Made by a program: the position numbers and the translations under genes | Notes under the pieces: model-generated | Database searches by the model: none | Seen by the model: only the letters and a program-made list of their open reading frames with translations | Told to the model about the DNA's origin: nothing | In this document: one piece after another, positions 1-10,938 of the stretch | Numbering within the stretch: the first letter of the stretch is position 1 | Layout: each line of letters opens with the position of its first letter | Origin: Burkholderiales bacterium | Lineage (GTDB): Bacteria; Pseudomonadota; Gammaproteobacteria; Burkholderiales; Burkholderiaceae_C | NCBI GenBank assembly: GCA_016185015.1 | Contig: JACPOI010000004.1 | Span: 29,778-93,777 of the forward strand | Length of the DNA: 64,000 nt | Direction: 5' to 3'

Positions 1-345
1 CTTGTTGTAGTAGGGCACGACCTGCAGCTGGCAGTCGGCACCGACCTTCTTGGCGAACTTCGCCAGTTCGATGGCCTCGGCCGTGGAGTTGGCACCGCAG
101 CCGGCCATGATGGGGACTTTGCCCTTGGCCTGTTCGACCGAGACGCGGATGATTTCGCAGTGCTCGTCGACGTTGACGGTGGGCGATTCGCCGGTGGTGC
201 CGACCACGCCGATGCAGTCGGTGCCTTCGGCGACGTGCCAGTCGATCAGTTTGCGCAGCGTGGGGTAGTCGACGCTACCGTCCTCGTGCAGGGGGGTGAC
301 GAGGGCGACGATGCTGCCGGTGATCTGGCGATGGGAGGAGGTCAT
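1..345 (-). CDS. dapA: 4-hydroxy-tetrahydrodipicolinate synthase, N-terminal part (gene runs off the left edge)
   Basis: Reverse complement from ATG at 343-345 reads [55 protein letters not shown]..., the conserved DapA N-terminus. It is absent from the ORF track because there is no stop codon inside the window. Confidence 0.85.
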   Translation of the reverse strand, partial: MTSSHRQITGSIVALVTPLHEDGSVDYPTLRKLIDWHVAEGTDCIGVVGTTGESPTVNVDEHCEIIRVSVEQAKGKVPIMAGCGANSTAEAIELAKFAKKVGADCQLQVVPYYNK

Positions 346-418
346 GTCCGCAGAGAGTTAAGTTCAGGCCAAAGAGGCATTCTACCGAGGGTGGGCTTCG
401 GCCCCGCAGGGCAGGGCC

Positions 419-991
419 TCAGAGTGGATAACGCGCCGGCGCGCTTGCCGTGGACAGGCCTGTTTCGCGTACGGCCGCGATGCGTTGCACATAACGCTGC
501 GGCGCGTCCAGATAACCGTCTTCATAGGCCACGATGCGCAGATTGCGGCAGACGTTCAGCAGCTCGCCCGGTTGCAGCAGGAAGTCCGGGCGCGAGGGCT
601 TGCCCACGGTTTCATTGCCCGCGGCAAAGGTTTCGTAAATCAGCACCCCACTCGGTGCCAGGCTTTGCAGCAGCACCGGGAACAGTGCCCGCCAGAGGTA
701 GTTGGTGACCACCACAGCGTCGAAGGCCTGGGGCTGGCCGTCCTGCAGCAGGGGCCAGGGGCCGTTCTCGACATCGGCCTGCAGCATGAGGCCCAGGGGC
801 GCCACGGCCGCGATGGCCTCGGAAGAGCGGTCCACACCTGTGACAGGGTGGCCGTGCTGGGCGAACCAGCGCAGGTGGCGGCCGTGGCCGCAAGCCACGT
901 CCAGCACGGAGCCACCGGGGCGGACCAGATGCGACCAGCGCTGGACCCAGGCCGAAGGCGCCTCCGTGCCGTGCACGGGCGGGAGACTCAT
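419..991 (-). CDS. class I SAM-dependent methyltransferase
   Basis: 190-aa ORF with the motif-I-like stretch VLDVACGHGRHLRWFAQHGHPVTGVD. It overlaps the upstream SDR gene by 4 nt. Confidence 0.7.
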   Translation of the reverse strand: MSLPPVHGTEAPSAWVQRWSHLVRPGGSVLDVACGHGRHLRWFAQHGHPVTGVDRSSEAIAAVAPLGLMLQADVENGPWPLLQDGQPQAFDAVVVTNYLWRALFPVLLQSLAPSGVLIYETFAAGNETVGKPSRPDFLLQPGELLNVCRNLRIVAYEDGYLDAPQRYVQRIAAVRETGLSTASAPARYPL

Positions 992-1815
992 CGCGGCTTG
1001 ACCTCGTCCTTGAGCGCGGCCAGGGCCATGCGTTCCACCAGGCCGGGGGCCAGCAGCTTGAGGTAACGCCCCAGCTTGCCCTTGGTGCTCATCACGACTT
1101 CGCGCTGGCGCGCGTTCATGCCGTCCAGGATCAGGCGGGCGCAGACCTCCACGGGCATGGCATCGTCTTCCTTCAGGCCGCTGGAGCCGGCGGCCACACC
1201 GGCCGCATTGAGCCCGCGGTAGCGGATCTGCGTGGCCACCACGCCAGGGTAGGCCGTGGTGACGCTGACGCCGGCGGGCTTGAGTTCGGCGCGCAGCGCC
1301 TCGAAAAAGCCGGTCATGGCGAACTTGCTGGCGCTATAGGCCGTGCGTCCCGGCACGCCCACCAGGCCGGCCAGTGACGAGACGGCCACCACCTGACCGC
1401 GGCTGGCCTTGAGGTGGGGCAAGGCGGCATGCGTGCACCAGACCGAGCCCCAGAGGTTCACGCGCATCAGGTCCTCGTACCAGCCCAGGTCTTCGGGCTG
1501 GACCTGCTCGAACAGGGCCTGGGCCGAGACGCCGGCGTTGTTGACCAGCGCATCGAGCCAACCGAAGCGCTCCACGCTGCGCTCGATCAAGGTACGGCAT
1601 TGGGCCGGGTCGGTCACATCCGTCGGCACGACCAGCACCTCGCTGCCATGGCTGCGGCACTCCCGGGCCACTTCTTCGAGCTGGGCTTGCTTGCGTGCGG
1701 CCAGGGCCAGGCCGGCGCCGGCACCGTGGCGCTGCGCCAGCTGACGCGCCAGTTCGGCGCCGATGCCGTCGGAGGCGCCGGTGATGATGAAGGTTTTCAT
1801 GGTCTCGGTCTTCAT
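988..1815 (-). CDS. SDR family oxidoreductase
   Basis: The internal ATG at 1813-1815 gives MKTETMKTFIITGASDGIGAELARQL (TGxxxGIG Rossmann motif), with YSASK downstream. The 332-aa track ORF is an upstream over-extension. Confidence 0.85.
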   Translation of the reverse strand: MKTETMKTFIITGASDGIGAELARQLAQRHGAGAGLALAARKQAQLEEVARECRSHGSEVLVVPTDVTDPAQCRTLIERSVERFGWLDALVNNAGVSAQALFEQVQPEDLGWYEDLMRVNLWGSVWCTHAALPHLKASRGQVVAVSSLAGLVGVPGRTAYSASKFAMTGFFEALRAELKPAGVSVTTAYPGVVATQIRYRGLNAAGVAAGSSGLKEDDAMPVEVCARLILDGMNARQREVVMSTKGKLGRYLKLLAPGLVERMALAALKDEVKPR

Positions 1816-1865
1816 GGGCCGAGTTTGCCATGCGCCGCCCCCCGCCGGGCTCGGGATTGTCCCGA

Positions 1866-1994
1866 TCAGAAACAGGCCCAGAGCTGGTCGGCCAGGGTCA
1901 GCAGGAAGTCCGGCCGGGTGTAGAGGGCGAACACAGTCAGCAGCACGGCCAGGGCGGCGCCCCAGGCCAGCAGCTGGCGCGGCCACTTTTTCAT
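1866..1994 (-). CDS. 42-aa predicted single-pass membrane protein (unannotated small ORF)
   Basis: My translation: MKKWPRQLLAWGAALAVLLTVFALYTRPDFLLTLADQLWACF*. It has one hydrophobic helix and GC3-rich codons, and its ATG overlaps the TGA of the upstream MFS gene (ATGA). It falls below the track length cut-off. Confidence 0.45.
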   Translation of the reverse strand: MKKWPRQLLAWGAALAVLLTVFALYTRPDFLLTLADQLWACF

Positions 1995-3214
1995 GCGCGG
2001 GCTGCCTGGGGTTGGCGCCGGATTGCGGCTTCGCGCACCGGCAGGTTGACCAGGGCCGCGGCTACGCCCAGGCCGATGGCGATGTACCAGACGATGTCGT
2101 AGCTACCCGTCTTGTCGTACAGATAACCCCCCAGCCACACGCCCATGAAAGAGCCGACCTGGTGGCTGAAAAAGACGAAACCTCCGAGCATGGACAGATG
2201 GGCCACACCGAAGATCTGGGCCACGATGGCGTTGGTGGGGGGCACGGTGGAGAGCCACAGCACACCCATGACGGCCGAGAAGACGTAGACGCTCGTGGGG
2301 GTGAGCGGCACCAGCAGGAAGACCGTGATGGCGATGGAGCGGGCGAAGTAGATGAAGGCCAGGATGTTCTTCTTGGCCAGGCGCTGGCCCAGGCTGCCCG
2401 CGATGTAGGTGCCGAAGACGTTGAAGAGGCCGATCAGCGCCAGCGAATAGCTGGCCACCTGGGGCGAGAGGCCGTGGTCCTTGAGGTAACTGGGCATGTG
2501 CACGCCGATGAAGACCACCTGGAAGCCGCAGACGAAATAACCGGCCATCAGCAGCTGGAAGCTCGGGTAGGCGAAGGCCTCGCGCAGGGCCTGCAGGATG
2601 GACTGCTCGCGCTTCGGCACCGTGCCGGCCCCAAAGCTGGGCTCATGCAGGCCCCAGGCCAGCGGGATGATGAGCAGGGCCGCCATGCCCAGCGCCATCA
2701 GCGCCTGTTGCCAGCCCAGGCTGCTGATGAGGAAGCCTTCGACCGGCACCATGAGAAACTGGCCGAAGGAGCCGGCTGCGGCGGCCACGCCCATGGCCCA
2801 GGAGCGCTTTTCCAGGCTCACATTGCGGCCGATCACGCCGTAGATCACGGCATAGGTGGTACCCGCCTGGGCGATGCCGATCAGCACCCCGCAGCTCAGG
2901 GCGAACAGCAGGGGGGTGGGCGCGTTGGCCATGCCGATCAGGCCCAGCGCGTAGAGGATGGCACCGGCGATGATGACCTTGAAGGCGCCGAACTTGTCGG
3001 CCAGCATGCCGGCGAAGATGCCGGCCAGGCCCCAGGTCAGGTTCTGGATGGCCATGGCCATGGCGAAGGTCTCGCGGGTCCAGCCCTGGGTCTGGGTGAC
3101 AGGTTGCAGCCAGAGGCCAAAGCCGTGGCGTATGCCCATGGAGAGGGTGACGATGGCGGCGCCGCAGATCAGCACCTGGGCCATGGAGAGAGTCTTGTTG
3201 CTGTGTGTGCTCAT
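1991..3214 (-). CDS. MFS transporter
   Basis: 407-aa ORF with about 12 hydrophobic segments. N-terminus MSTHSNKTLSMAQVLICGAAIVTLSMGIRHGFGLWLQP is typical of oxalate/formate-antiporter-like MFS proteins. Confidence 0.85.
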   Translation of the reverse strand: MSTHSNKTLSMAQVLICGAAIVTLSMGIRHGFGLWLQPVTQTQGWTRETFAMAMAIQNLTWGLAGIFAGMLADKFGAFKVIIAGAILYALGLIGMANAPTPLLFALSCGVLIGIAQAGTTYAVIYGVIGRNVSLEKRSWAMGVAAAAGSFGQFLMVPVEGFLISSLGWQQALMALGMAALLIIPLAWGLHEPSFGAGTVPKREQSILQALREAFAYPSFQLLMAGYFVCGFQVVFIGVHMPSYLKDHGLSPQVASYSLALIGLFNVFGTYIAGSLGQRLAKKNILAFIYFARSIAITVFLLVPLTPTSVYVFSAVMGVLWLSTVPPTNAIVAQIFGVAHLSMLGGFVFFSHQVGSFMGVWLGGYLYDKTGSYDIVWYIAIGLGVAAALVNLPVREAAIRRQPQAARA

Positions 3215-3266
3215 CGTTGAAATGTAGCCAATTCGGTCCTGGCCTGCCGGGAGGGCTCAAGTTGTA

Positions 3267-3284
3267 ACTGTATGTTTATCCAGT
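3267..3284. promoter_or_regulatory. AT-rich palindrome ACTG-N10-CAGT (LexA/SOS-box-like) in the MFS/parE divergent promoter region
   Basis: AACTGTATGTTTATCCAGTG fits CTG-N10-CAG with an AT-rich spacer. It departs from the CTGT-N8-ACAG consensus at one position. It lies 32 nt upstream of the parE ATG. Confidence 0.25.
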
Positions 3285-3316
3285 GAACTCCGCGACTGGG
3301 TCTACAATTCCGCGCC

Positions 3317-5283
<1,967 letters not shown>

Positions 5284-5284
<1 letters not shown>

Positions 5285-6054
5285 TGTCTTCTTCGGCATA
5301 CCGTCCCCTCGTTGTGCTCCTGGGCCTGCTGGTGCTGCTGTGGCAGCCGGTTGCCTGGGCCGACGTCTGGGCCTATGTCGACGACAAGGGTGTGCCGCAC
5401 TTTGCGGCCGAGCAGCTGGACGAGCGTTACGCGCTCTATTTCACGGACCAGGCGCCCGCGGACGCCACCCGTGCGGGGCCCGTGCCCATGGCTCCGACGC
5501 GCCTGCATGCCTTCTTCGAGATATCGCCGGACTACAAGGCGGTGCGTCACCTCCTGCGCGAGGCGGCGCGCGAGCACGACATCGACTACGCGCTGCTGCA
5601 GGCCCTGATCGCCACCGAATCCGGTTTCGACCCCGCGGCCGTTTCACCCAAAGGGGCCGTTGGGCTCATGCAGGTGATGCCGGCGACGGCGCGCGGCTAC
5701 GGCCTGGAGGACCAGCGGCGCCGGCCGGTGGCGCGCCAGCTCACCGATGCGCGCACCAACATCCAGGTGGGTAGCCAGCACCTGCGCCGCCTGCTGAAAA
5801 AATTCCCGGATCGGGTCGATCTGGCGCTGGCGGCGTACAACGCCGGTCTGAAGACCGTACGCCGTGCCGGCAACCAGGTGCCGCCCTACCGCGAGACGCA
5901 AAACTACGTGCGTACCGTGCTCGCGCTGTATGCCGTGCTCAAGCCGGCGGCCGACAAGACCGCACCCCGCCCGTACCCGCAACGTGACGAATTCGCCCGC
6001 CTGGACGAGCTCGCCGAGCCTGGTGCTGCCCTGAAACGCGTCAAGAGTTACTGA
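5284..6054 (+). CDS. lytic transglycosylase domain protein (signal peptide, DUF4124-like N-terminus, SLT domain)
   Basis: The ATG at 5284 overlaps the parE TGA (TGATG). It reads [44 protein letters not shown] (DUF4124-like) and has the SLT catalytic block [33 protein letters not shown]. Confidence 0.85.
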
Positions 6055-6062
6055 AGAAACCG

Positions 6063-8402
6063 ATGGATCAACCTACCCTCGATTTAGCCGCCGATCCGGC
6101 GGGCGACGACGCCCTGACCCTGGCCCACTACGCACAGCGGGCCTACCTCGAATACGCGCTCAGCGTGGTCAAGGGCCGGGCCCTGCCCGATGTCTGCGAT
6201 GGCCAGAAACCGGTGCAGCGCCGCATCATGTACTCGATGGCGCGCATGGGCCTGGGCTACAGCGGACCCAACAGCAACACGGCGGCCCGGCCGGTGAAAA
6301 GCGCACGCGTCGTCGGTGACGTGCTGGGTCGTTTCCACCCGCACGGCGACCAGGCTGCCTACGACGCGCTGGTGCGCATGGCGCAGGACTTCGCGCAGCG
6401 TTACCCGCTGATTGACGGCCAGGGCAACTTCGGCAGCCGTGACGGTGACGGTGCCGCCGCCATGCGTTACACCGAAGCGCGGCTGGCCAAGATCAGCACC
6501 TTGCTGCTCGACGAGATCGACGAAGGCACGGTCGACTTCCAGCCCAATTACGACGGTTCCACCGAGGAACCGAAGCAGTTGCCGGCGCGACTGCCCTTCA
6601 CGCTGCTCAACGGCGCCAGCGGCATCGCCGTGGGCCTGGCCACCGAGATACCCAGTCACAACCTGGGCGAGGTGGCTGCGGCCTGCGTGGCGCTGATCAA
6701 GAACCCGAAGCTGGCGGACAGCGAATTGGTCGAGTTGTTGCCCGGCCCGGACTATCCGGGAGGTGGCCAGATCATCAGCCCGACGGCGGATATCGCCGAG
6801 GCCTATCGCACGGGCCGCGGCTCGCTCAAGGTGCGGGCGCGCTGGAAGATCGAGGAACTCGCGCGCGGCCAGTGGCAACTGGTGGTGACCGAACTGCCGC
6901 CGGGGGTGAGCACGCAGAGGGTGCTCGAAGAGATCGAGGAGCTGACCAACCCCAAGGTCAAAACCGGCAAGAAGGCGCTGACACCCGAGCAGAACCTGCT
7001 CAAGGCCACGGTGCTGGCCGTGCTTGACGTGGTGCGCGACGAATCGAGCAAGGACGCGCCGGTGCGCCTGGTCTGCGAGCCCAAGACCAGCCGCATCGAG
7101 CAGCAGGAACTGATCACCACGCTGCTGGCGCACACCAGCCTGGAGACCTCGGCACCGATCAACATGACCCTGGTGGGGCTGGACGGCCGGCCCACGCAGA
7201 AGACCCTGCGCCAGATGCTGGAGGAGTGGATTTCCTTCCGCCAGACCACCATCGAGCGGCGTTCGCAGCATCGTCTGGACAAGGTGCTGGCGCGCATCCA
7301 CATCCTCGAAGGCCGGCAGCTGGTGCTGCTCAAGATCGACGAGGTCATCGCCCTCATCCGCAATTCGGACGAGCCCAAGCCCGCGCTGATCGCACGCTTC
7401 AGCTTGTCCGAGCGCCAGGCCGAAGACATCCTCGAAATCCGCCTGCGCCAGCTGGCCCGGCTCGAAGCCATCAAGATCGAGCAGGAGCTGAAAGAACTGC
7501 GCGAAGAGCAGAAGAAACTCGAAGACATCCTGGGCAGTCCGGCCGCGCTGCGCAAGCTGATGGTCAAGGAGATCGAGGCCGATGCCAAGGTCTTCGGCGA
7601 TGCACGCCGCACCCTGATCCAGGCCGAAAAGAAGGCCGTGGCCGAGGTGAAAGTCGTGGACGAACCGGTGACCGTGATCGTCTCGCAAAAAGGCTGGGTG
7701 CGTGCGCGCCAGGGCCACGGCCATGACGCGGCGAGTTTCGCCTTCAAATCCGGGGATGGCCTGTACAGCACCTTTGAATGCCGAACAGTAGACACGCTGC
7801 TGGCCTTCGGCAACAAGGGGCGCGTCTACTCCGTGCCGGTGGCCAGCCTGCCCGGCGCGCGGGGTGACGGTCAGCCCGTGACTACCCTGGTCGAACTCGA
7901 AGCCGGGACCCAGCTGGTGCACTACTTTGCCGGCGCGCCTGCGGCCTGGCTCTTGCTGTCCACTTCCTCGGGTTACGGTTTCCTGGCCACGGTCGAGAAC
8001 ATGAGCTCGCGCCAGAAAGGCGGCAAGTCCTTCATCAACTGCGGTGAGGACGACACTGTGTGCCGGCCTTCGCCGGCCAACGTGCCGCCGCAGCCACCGG
8101 CCACGCACGTCATCTGTGCCTCGAGCGGCGGGCGCATCCTGACCTTCGAGATCAGCGAGCTCAAGCCCATGCCCAATGGCGGGCGCGGCCTGATGCTGAT
8201 CGACCTGGAGCCCAAGGACACCCTGGCCGGTGCCGCGGCCTACACGCGCAGCGTGAAGATCGAGGGCCTGGGCCGTGGTGGCAAGGAGCGCGACGAGACG
8301 CTGGAGATCCGCAGCCTCAACAACGCGCGTGCCGCACGTGGCCGCAAGGGCAAGGCCGCCGACCTGGGCTTCAAGCCGACGAGCGTGATTCGCATCGAAT
8401 AA
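6063..8402 (+). CDS. parC: DNA topoisomerase IV subunit A
   Basis: 779 aa with [22 protein letters not shown] and the active-site region [10 protein letters not shown]. Confidence 0.95.
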   Translation: MDQPTLDLAADPAGDDALTLAHYAQRAYLEYALSVVKGRALPDVCDGQKPVQRRIMYSMARMGLGYSGPNSNTAARPVKSARVVGDVLGRFHPHGDQAAYDALVRMAQDFAQRYPLIDGQGNFGSRDGDGAAAMRYTEARLAKISTLLLDEIDEGTVDFQPNYDGSTEEPKQLPARLPFTLLNGASGIAVGLATEIPSHNLGEVAAACVALIKNPKLADSELVELLPGPDYPGGGQIISPTADIAEAYRTGRGSLKVRARWKIEELARGQWQLVVTELPPGVSTQRVLEEIEELTNPKVKTGKKALTPEQNLLKATVLAVLDVVRDESSKDAPVRLVCEPKTSRIEQQELITTLLAHTSLETSAPINMTLVGLDGRPTQKTLRQMLEEWISFRQTTIERRSQHRLDKVLARIHILEGRQLVLLKIDEVIALIRNSDEPKPALIARFSLSERQAEDILEIRLRQLARLEAIKIEQELKELREEQKKLEDILGSPAALRKLMVKEIEADAKVFGDARRTLIQAEKKAVAEVKVVDEPVTVIVSQKGWVRARQGHGHDAASFAFKSGDGLYSTFECRTVDTLLAFGNKGRVYSVPVASLPGARGDGQPVTTLVELEAGTQLVHYFAGAPAAWLLLSTSSGYGFLATVENMSSRQKGGKSFINCGEDDTVCRPSPANVPPQPPATHVICASSGGRILTFEISELKPMPNGGRGLMLIDLEPKDTLAGAAAYTRSVKIEGLGRGGKERDETLEIRSLNNARAARGRKGKAADLGFKPTSVIRIE

Positions 8403-8412
8403 ACCGGGGACA

Positions 8413-8465
8413 CCGCGGAACCGGCTTTGCCGGGCTGCTGGTGTCGCCTCCTTGAGGGGGAGGCG
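8413..8465 (+). repeat. REP-like intergenic repeat, copy A
   Basis: CCGCGGAACCGGCTTTGCCGGGC (23 nt, itself a CCGGC-TTT-GCCGG hairpin) is followed by GCTG and a second hairpin CGCCTCC...GGAGGCG. An exact 23-mer reverse-complement match occurs at 36045-36067. Confidence 0.6.
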
Positions 8466-8509
8466 CCGCAGGCGCACAGGGGTGTCCTGATACGGCAAAA
8501 TCAGACCCG

Positions 8510-9691
8510 ATGCATACCGACGTACTGATTGCTGGCGGCGGCATAGGCGGCCTGGCCGCCGGGCTGGCCTGCTCAAAGGCCGGCTGCCATGTCCGCCTCT
8601 ATGAACGTGCCGAGACCTTTGGCGAGGTGGGGGCGGGCATCCAGATGGGGCCCAACGTCGTGCGCGTGCTTCAGGGCTGGGAGCTGGATACGGCGCTGCG
8701 GCAGGTGGCGGCTTTCCCCGACCGCCTGCAGGTGCGTCATGCCCTCAGCGGGGCTGAACTGGGCGTGCTGCGCCTGGGGCAGACCACGGTGCAGCGTTAC
8801 GGTGCACCCTATGCCACCATCCATCGGGCCGATCTGCAGCAGCTGCTGCTCAAAGCCCTGCAGCAGCGCGACGCCGTCTGGCTGCACACCGGCAAGACCG
8901 TGAGCCGTTATGTGGAGACCAACGGCGCTGTCGGCCTGAGCCTGGACGACGGCCTGGACGTGGAGGGCGATGCCCTGATCGCCGCCGACGGCCTGTGGAG
9001 CCGGGTGCGCGAGCAACTCCTGAGCGACGGTCCCCCGCGCGTGGCCGGGCACCTAGCCTATCGTGCCATGGTGCCGCAGGCCAGCCTGCCGGTGGCCCAA
9101 CGCAGCCAACAGGTGACGGCCTGGCTGGGGCCGCGTCTGCACGTGGTGCAGTACCCCGTGCGTGGCGGCGAGTGGCTCAACGTCGTGGCCATCGTGCACG
9201 GCCATGTGCACGGTGGACTGGAGGATTGGGACCATGGGGCCAATGCGGCCGACCTGCAGGCCGCGCTGGGACACACCTGCACCGCCTTGCGCGACCTGAT
9301 CGCGGCCGTGCCGGACTGGCGCCTCTGGGTGCTGTGCGACCGTCCGCCCCTGAGCGCTGCCGACCAGATGGCGCGCGGCCATGTGGCGCTGCTGGGAGAT
9401 GCCGCACATCCCATGCGTCCTTATCTTGCCCAGGGTGCCGGCATGGCCATCGAGGATGCGGCCGAACTGGCGCGCCAGGTGGCGCTGGTGGATGGCGTGC
9501 TGGACGTGCCCACGCTGCTGCAGCGTTATGCGCTCAACCGCTGGCAGCGTTGTGCGCGGGTGCAGGCCCGTTCCATCCGCAATGGCGAGATCTTTCACAT
9601 GGAGGGGCCCATGGCCTGGGCACGTGACAGGTCGCTGCGCCTGCTGGGTGAACGCCTGCTGGACGTGCCCTGGCTCTACCAGGGTCCCTGA
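8510..9691 (+). CDS. FAD-dependent monooxygenase (salicylate / 3-hydroxybenzoate hydroxylase-like)
   Basis: 393 aa. It has the dinucleotide-binding N-terminus DVLIAGGGIGGLAAGLA and the GD motif ALLGDAAHPMRPYLAQGAGMAIEDA. Confidence 0.85.
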   Translation: MHTDVLIAGGGIGGLAAGLACSKAGCHVRLYERAETFGEVGAGIQMGPNVVRVLQGWELDTALRQVAAFPDRLQVRHALSGAELGVLRLGQTTVQRYGAPYATIHRADLQQLLLKALQQRDAVWLHTGKTVSRYVETNGAVGLSLDDGLDVEGDALIAADGLWSRVREQLLSDGPPRVAGHLAYRAMVPQASLPVAQRSQQVTAWLGPRLHVVQYPVRGGEWLNVVAIVHGHVHGGLEDWDHGANAADLQAALGHTCTALRDLIAAVPDWRLWVLCDRPPLSAADQMARGHVALLGDAAHPMRPYLAQGAGMAIEDAAELARQVALVDGVLDVPTLLQRYALNRWQRCARVQARSIRNGEIFHMEGPMAWARDRSLRLLGERLLDVPWLYQGP

Positions 9692-9694
9692 AAC

Positions 9695-10006
9695 TCAGGA
9701 TTCAGGCAGGGGCGGCAGGCCGACCTTGGCGCGGGCCCGGTGGCAGCCTTCGCTGCCTTCCTCGAACTCGCGGCAGGGCGAGGGGCGCCATTCGTAGATG
9801 CCACAGGCGACCTGCTCGCCGAGCTTGCCCGTGAGCGCCGCGCAGCGCGGCGGCCAATGGTCGGTGCCGCGCATGCGGGCGGTGTTGCCGTTGACTTCGA
9901 CGGTCAGGCCGACCGGCACGTGGCCGCCGTTCTCGTCGAGTTCGTAGCTGGAGAAATCGACGCGGCACCAGGAACAGCAAGCGCCGCAACTCGTGCAGGC
10001 AGACAT
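9695..10006 (-). CDS. YkgJ-family cysteine-cluster protein
   Basis: 103 aa. N-terminus MSACTSCGACCSWCRV (CxxCxxCC) and a C-terminal CGIYEWRPSPCREF. Its start codon overlaps the argF stop by 1 nt. Confidence 0.75.
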   Translation of the reverse strand: MSACTSCGACCSWCRVDFSSYELDENGGHVPVGLTVEVNGNTARMRGTDHWPPRCAALTGKLGEQVACGIYEWRPSPCREFEEGSEGCHRARAKVGLPPLPES

Positions 10007-10917
10007 CAGAGCCGGCCCAGCAAAAGATATTCCATCAAGGCCTTCTGCACGTGCAGCCGGTTCTCGGCTTCATCCCAGACGACCGATTGCGGGCCGTCGA
10101 TGACTTCGGCCTCGACCTCTTCGCCGCGGTGCGCGGGCAGGCAGTGCATGAAAAGCGCGTCGGGTTTGGCAGCGCGCATCATCTCGGCGTCCACACACCA
10201 GTCGGCGAAAGCCTTTTTGCGGGCCTCGTTCTCGGCCTCGTAGCCCATGCTGGTCCAGACGTCGGTGGTCACCAGATCGGCTCCCGCGCTGGCCTGCATG
10301 GGGTCCTTGAAGACCTTGTAGCAGGAGCTCTTCACGCCGGCCACGGCCGGGTCGATCTCGTAGCCGCTGGGGGTGCTCACGTGCACGGTGAAGCCCAGCA
10401 GTTCGGCCGCCTGCAGCCAGGTGTTGGCCATGTTGTTGCCATCACCGACCCAGGCCACGGTCTTGCCGGCGATCGAACCGCGGTGTTCGATGTAGGTGAA
10501 GATGTCGGCCAGGATCTGGCAGGGGTGGTATTCGTTGGTCAGGCCGTTGATGACCGGCACGCGCGAGTACTCGGCGAAGCGGGCGATCTTGTCCTGCCCG
10601 AAGGTGCGGATCATGACCAGGTCCACCATGCGGCTGATCACGCGCGCGCTGTCCTCGATGGGCTCGGCGCGACCCAACTGGCTGTCGCCCGTGGTCAGGT
10701 GCACGACGCTGCCGCCGAGCTGGTACATGCCGGCCTCGAAGCTCACGCGCGTGCGCGTGGAGGCCTTCTCGAAGATCATGGCCAGGGTTCGGTCGGTCAG
10801 CGGCTGATGCTTCTCGTAGGCCTTGAACTTTTTCTTGATCAGCGCGGCGCGCTCGAAGAGGTAGGCGTATTCCTCGCGCGTCAGATCGGTGAACTGCAGG
10901 TAATGCTTGAGCTTCAT
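10006..10917 (-). CDS. argF: ornithine carbamoyltransferase
   Basis: 303 aa with the carbamoyl-phosphate site STRTRVSFE, plus HPCQILAD and HCLPAHRGEE. Confidence 0.93.
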   Translation of the reverse strand: MKLKHYLQFTDLTREEYAYLFERAALIKKKFKAYEKHQPLTDRTLAMIFEKASTRTRVSFEAGMYQLGGSVVHLTTGDSQLGRAEPIEDSARVISRMVDLVMIRTFGQDKIARFAEYSRVPVINGLTNEYHPCQILADIFTYIEHRGSIAGKTVAWVGDGNNMANTWLQAAELLGFTVHVSTPSGYEIDPAVAGVKSSCYKVFKDPMQASAGADLVTTDVWTSMGYEAENEARKKAFADWCVDAEMMRAAKPDALFMHCLPAHRGEEVEAEVIDGPQSVVWDEAENRLHVQKALMEYLLLGRL

Positions 10918-10938
10918 GGCAGGGTGGTCAGGCAGATT

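Noticed and set aside
6084-8576. An 830-aa ORF antisense to parC. Similar giants include 10051-12216 (antisense to argF/argD), 17088-19466 (antisense to MFS/purM), 30414-33002 and 30838-33225 (other frames of comEC), and 52863-55031.
   Set aside because: This is the typical stop-codon-poor shadow-ORF artefact of GC-rich DNA. The translations are Arg/Ala/Gly/Pro-rich low-complexity sequence with no family signatures, and each overlaps a gene with a clear conserved product.
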